DNA of 64,000 bases from Cyanophora paradoxa CCMP329 (taxonomy: Eukaryota > Plantae > Glaucophyta): positions 1 through 64,000 of the forward strand of contig QPMI01000119.1 in the NCBI GenBank assembly GCA_004431415.1, written 5' to 3'. Positions 60,901-64,000 of the stretch are shown in pieces. The position numbers were made by a program, and so were the translations under genes. Numbering within the stretch: position 1 is the first letter of the stretch; each line of letters opens with the position of its first letter. The notes under the pieces are model-generated. The model saw only the letters and a program-made list of their open reading frames with translations, ran no database searches and was not told where the DNA came from.

Positions 60901-61103
60901 ATTGGGAAATGACCAACTGTGTATATATCGGACCTGAGTATGTTAATAATGAGAGAGTAGGACTAAAAACTAAGTTTACATGGATCGTTAGATTCACAGC
61001 TTTTGCATCAACTAATTTCACAAATGTCACAACAGCAAATCGCACCCTTAAACTCCATTGGATTGCTGTCGGACCTCTCCAAAACAATAATATTCTCACG
61101 TAA
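57909..61103 (+). CDS. Fibre/spike protein homologous to 28774-33681, with a different C-terminal half
   Basis: Shared acidic and HxHDW repeats and YLPLTGGTVTG; then 3x LHAVATSGxYxDLxNTP; no S74 domain. Confidence 0.82.
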   Translation: MSFNYPANLQTIPSSGRGRADNKHVNFDNLTARGSISIDHSADEPSKTHRRMHALSINEMDPEKEDVSVAFSMGNVKSNQVAQIKATRSRPRKLKTSGTHPDIPTRFDSGRLIFNVQNEKGGHQSGLRIYNEGSNAIAQIPEILQIAPHGETNKIEFTNNVYPRDIVANSASNAQFGFQLPGDTAKNKASFTVNSSPTQPVTIHLHPDLVEMDRHLLPLVTNTKDLGIRTRQWRNIHGSNVYANGEKLVSEKTIREIFEYYGPVPVPFPLPWDPPDLTPKKQPGREYTADETVPFGQHIVSWEQVRNKPIIEPRKQIDEQYLPPEIDILELDEYQFVPDEEEYLPDGFDPQEYEYDQYAPNEEEYLPDGLDPQEYEYEQNYEPHEEYLPDGHEPPVVDYEQPYEPHEELLPDGFRPEIWEFFPDWEQINNKPARFPPEDHNHDWDEILGKPEKFPPEDHRHDWGDIDGKPTEFPPEDHLHIWSEIREQPTFASAGNVLLGDINNGVSLYQNIDTPARLQLNDYYVNRKGIDAGTTMEGELYIRPPTRNGILGLGGGIEIKDTKPGIYLTSYYADDIPMTGGLISLPSDPANYDDKNAAIQINVTDVSDLDSSRPKLIFSRERLLPDALLGNRDDYKQCEVSWIKTNYNGGVGEGVLEINQRAAAKNIHNETISRVVTEDYLRDNGATIIAGIAVEGAYLPLTGGTVTGDAHAPNFLVDTPNAQTFPVVHPGAEYILDANTPISRVELPTNFTFNLVDVFPNSHNLMYFSSENYLSGAFSPIELSIPKQKVSYKELTDVPAGFSGKWTDITEKPTWSSLAFTGDYYDLSRIPDFTTYIPRWIDQSVIISESTLPFNGTWDRLFTKPNLHAVATSGDYNDLTNTPTAPTLHAVATSGSYTDLVNTPNLHAVATSGNYDDLINTPTSPPTHNHSIELLTNFGNYVNANAYVQQGTANVVLENRIYNAGETFQLSGTVVFSTPFYSDAVITTSIENSYNSVNWEMTNCVYIGPEYVNNERVGLKTKFTWIVRFTAFASTNFTNVTTANRTLKLHWIAVGPLQNNNILT

Positions 61104-61123
61104 TTATAAAGAGCAATTTAAAG

Positions 61124-62080
61124 ATGACAACTGTATTCACGCCTGTGTTTTCTTTGAGTGCAAGTGCTGTCCACAATGTCCAACACACTGTTTATGATTT
61201 ATCTCCAAGCCACCCTTCAACTGAAACAGCCAAAACCGATTCTTTTAATGAACAAAGCATACTCAGAGTCAAAGAACTCCGAGCTGACAAGGCTGATGGA
61301 GTCGTTAAAGCTACTTAAATGATCGTATCTAATCGACCCGCAATATCTTCGGGGCTGGTCACCAAAGAAAATCTATATGAAGGTCAACAGGATTCCAAAA
61401 CGGCTTTTAATCCGGCTGATAGGAATTCGGCGGCTTTTCAAGTTTACAGTGGTGGGGCATGGATTGGGACTGGACTGAGTGTGAATGGGACAATAACAGC
61501 GACTTCTTATGGGGCTGTGAGTGCAACCACTGGGACGTTTTCAGGTCTCTTGACAGGAAATGGTGGAGTGAAAACAACTTCTGTCGATTCAGGAGCAGAT
61601 TCTGATATAGTTTTGAAGCGAAATAATACAACGATAGCCACCATCACAACTTCTGGTCTCAGTTTGGCGGATACTAAATATTTGAAGGCTAATTTGTACC
61701 CATCATGTCGTGTTTATCATGCAACATCTACTGCTTATACAGCTGGTCAGGTGATCAAATGGGCAAACATTTACTACAATGTTGGGGGATGCTATAATTC
61801 AGCTACTGGTATTTTCACATGCCCTGTGGCTGGGATGTATGTTGTATCTTTTGGTGCATATGCTGATTCATCTACCTGTGATGTTGTGTGTCGACACAAC
61901 GGTTCATCTACATTTTTAAGTCTTTTGAGTATAAAAACAACTTCAACACAAGGAGGAAGCCCTTGTGCAACATTTAAAGCCAATTCGGGCGATTACTTTG
62001 ATGTTGTTGTGTCCCAAGGGACAGCAACAATTATCGCAAGTCAACAGAGTTTCTGTGTTGCATTAATTTATGCAGTATAA
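61124..62080 (+). pseudogene. Fibre/decoration paralogue with C-terminal C1q-like domain; in-frame TAA at 61316-61318
   Basis: LRVKELRADKADGVVKAT*MIVSN aligns with VVKTTRLLVTN/IVKTTKLLVTN; YNVGGCYNSATGIFTCPVAGMYVVS is a C1q signature. Confidence 0.7.
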
Positions 62081-62101
62081 TAAAATGTTTTGCTATAATA
62101 A

Positions 62102-62365
62102 ATGTCGAACATCTACCAAGTGGTTCTAACTGATACTGAAAAACTGGGAATGGAATACTGTGCCTACTCTGTTCAGGATTGGATCGATAATGCTGCTCAT
62201 AATCGGGCGAGAATTGCGATTGATGAGATTGTGGACAAAGAAGTTAAATCGTGTATTGCTGCTGGAATTCCGATTCCACTCACAAAGGAAGCGATTGTAG
62301 AGCAAGCCTTTAATCGGGGGACTGTTCGAAAGGCAAGCGAAATTCCTGTGAGTGCTCCTATGTGA
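62102..62365 (+). CDS. Small phage-like protein, possible fibre assembly factor
   Basis: LTDTEKLGMEY...DWIDNAAHNRARIAIDEI recalls small proteins found beside tail-fibre genes in aquatic phages (from memory). Confidence 0.55.
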   Translation: MSNIYQVVLTDTEKLGMEYCAYSVQDWIDNAAHNRARIAIDEIVDKEVKSCIAAGIPIPLTKEAIVEQAFNRGTVRKASEIPVSAPM

Positions 62366-62490
62366 AGAATTCGAAGAATGAGAGATGGGTTTATTGTTAT
62401 TTTTCATAGATCATGCATAAGAAAGGCATGTATCTTGCATGTCCTTCTTGAAAGTCGTTTATTTTTCTTTCCTTCTTAGTAAAAGAAGCA

Positions 62491-63344
62491 ATGGGTGAAT
62501 ATAATCGAGTTCAACTGCCCATATATTCCCTTGGATCCCCAGCAATGCACTTTCGCCAGCATGAAGTTAATGATGAGGTTCGTGGTTTAGAATCAACAGA
62601 GAGACCCAATTCTAATGGTAACTCATTTGATAAAAACTCGATTATTCGAGTAAAAGAACTGAGAGCAGACAAGAATTCTGGTGTGGTTAAAACAACTCGA
62701 CTCCTTGTCTCAAATGCTAACTTCTTCCAACCTACTAATGGAGGTCCTGATGCTTACAGTGTTGATCTGAAAGCCCTCGATTTCGATAAGAATTCTGCTG
62801 CTGCTACAATTCGTTCAGGTGGAGCATTTATTGGTGGTGGTTGTCGAGTTTCAGGTCAACTTTCTTCATCGATTTCGTATAATGATGTCCCAGATACTCT
62901 TGAACAAAATGTGGAGAACCCACAACGAATTCGGTTCTATACCCCAGTTGCACAGCAACCTTTTCTGCATTTCTATATTGCATCATCTGTCACTCTTGAA
63001 AATTCAGAATTGGTTTCCATTACAGGAACTGATCGAGTGAGAAGGAATATTCCTCTTCCCACAGCAATGCTCTCAATGTGCAGAGCAAATAATAACCAAC
63101 AGGGTCACAATTACCTATTCTTTGTTCAAGCATCAAATCATTTCGGTCGGGATATTGTGTTTATAACAATCTGACATTTACTTATGATTTGTTTGTCACT
63201 GAGGTTGGAGTTTACAATACTATGATTATGGGACTGAGAACAGATATAGCAGCTGTTTCAGCACTTCGTGGGGTAAATGTTGCAGATATATTCACAACCG
63301 GATTCTATGCGGAGCCAGATATTATAGACGACCCCACCCCATAA
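62491..63344 (+). CDS. Orthologue of 34034-34891 (frameshift near 63150)
   Basis: Near-identical N-terminal half; the shifted frame ends EPDIIDDPTP*, as in PLV-1. Confidence 0.75.
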
Positions 63345-63367
63345 AAGATATATCTGTTTAATATAAA

Positions 63368-64000
63368 ATGGCTGCCCCAGCACCAGTAGAGCGAATTATT
63401 ACACCCCAGCTATCATTAGCAGCACCTGCAAATCACGTTTTACAGCATGCTACCTTTGATGATGTCGAAGGTCTCCAATCCACAGAAGTACAACCTACCA
63501 TGAATACCTTTGGTTCAACCCATAAACTGAGATTGCAGGAACTCAGGTGTGATAAAAATAATGGTATAGTTAAGACAACGAAACTCCTTGTCACAAATGC
63601 AAACTTTTCTGCCCATTATGGAGACCCAGACAGTTATGGTGATCCTCTTTCTACTTATTCTTTTGAATCTCGGTCGGGAGCTATTAACTGCAAAACGGGG
63701 GGAGCATATATTGGTGATGGTCTTCGGATTGGTGGAGCTGTTGGTGCGCCTCTTTTCGTAAATGATCAACCCAATCCCATTGATCCCAACACCAGAATTC
63801 GCACCTATGTCCCCAGTATGAATGCACCATACATTATAAAGATCTTCCCAATTGTTGTGAATGAGCAGACATCAGTAGTTGATTCTCTTGTTGAGATTGG
63901 TGACCACTACAAGGTGGTCGTGGATATTCCACCAGATGTTTATGCTGTCTGTCAAGTAGAGGGTGGAACCCCAAATATTGCAGTTGTAATCACTCCATAT
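63368..64000 (+). CDS. Orthologue of 34915-35742 (truncated by the window end)
   Basis: MAAPAPVERIITPQLSLAAPANHVLQHATFDDVEG...; open to the end of the window. Confidence 0.8.
   Translation, partial: MAAPAPVERIITPQLSLAAPANHVLQHATFDDVEGLQSTEVQPTMNTFGSTHKLRLQELRCDKNNGIVKTTKLLVTNANFSAHYGDPDSYGDPLSTYSFESRSGAINCKTGGAYIGDGLRIGGAVGAPLFVNDQPNPIDPNTRIRTYVPSMNAPYIIKIFPIVVNEQTSVVDSLVEIGDHYKVVVDIPPDVYAVCQVEGGTPNIAVVITPY

Larger units (their letters stand above)
38979..64000. mobile_element. Integrated Polinton-like virus PLV-2 (over 25 kb; right end outside the window)
   Basis: Abrupt GC-to-AT switch near 38980; pentons, MCP, ATPase, TVpol-helicase, pPolB, rve integrase, patatin and fibre genes, most homologous to PLV-1. 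Confidence 0.85.

Overview
The window looks like eukaryotic nuclear DNA (GC-rich host, short 57-72 nt spliceosomal introns) that is almost entirely occupied by integrated DNA viruses. (1) 14999-36610 is a complete 21.6-kb Polinton-like virus (PLV-1) with TG...CA ends, imperfect terminal inverted repeats and an exact 6-bp target-site duplication (ATCAAC). It encodes a protein-primed PolB, rve integrase, A32-like packaging ATPase, double jelly-roll major capsid protein, two penton-like proteins, a patatin-discoidin phospholipase and a 1635-aa phage-type fibre with an S74 chaperone. (2) From about 38979 to beyond the window end is a related AT-rich element (PLV-2) with the same morphogenetic and fibre genes. 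It carries two replicases: a PolA-type TVpol fused to an SF3 helicase, and a pPolB with a degenerate proofreading domain. Its capsid+TVpol block is bracketed by about 220-bp iteron-containing inverted repeats. Both PLVs interrupt the same intron-containing TPR-like host gene, about 2.4 kb apart. (3) 1-13600 is a GC-rich virus-like region with no capsid gene in view. It contains a UL9/origin-binding-protein-like SF2 helicase flanked by iteron arrays and palindromes, a YqaJ nuclease, an HNH-AP2 gene, GNAT and F-box-like genes preceded by a shared 36-bp leader, and a recurring WWTTCTNA motif upstream of starts. Family assignments come from motif recognition by eye. Many single-base frameshifts fall in homopolymers and may be sequencing errors.
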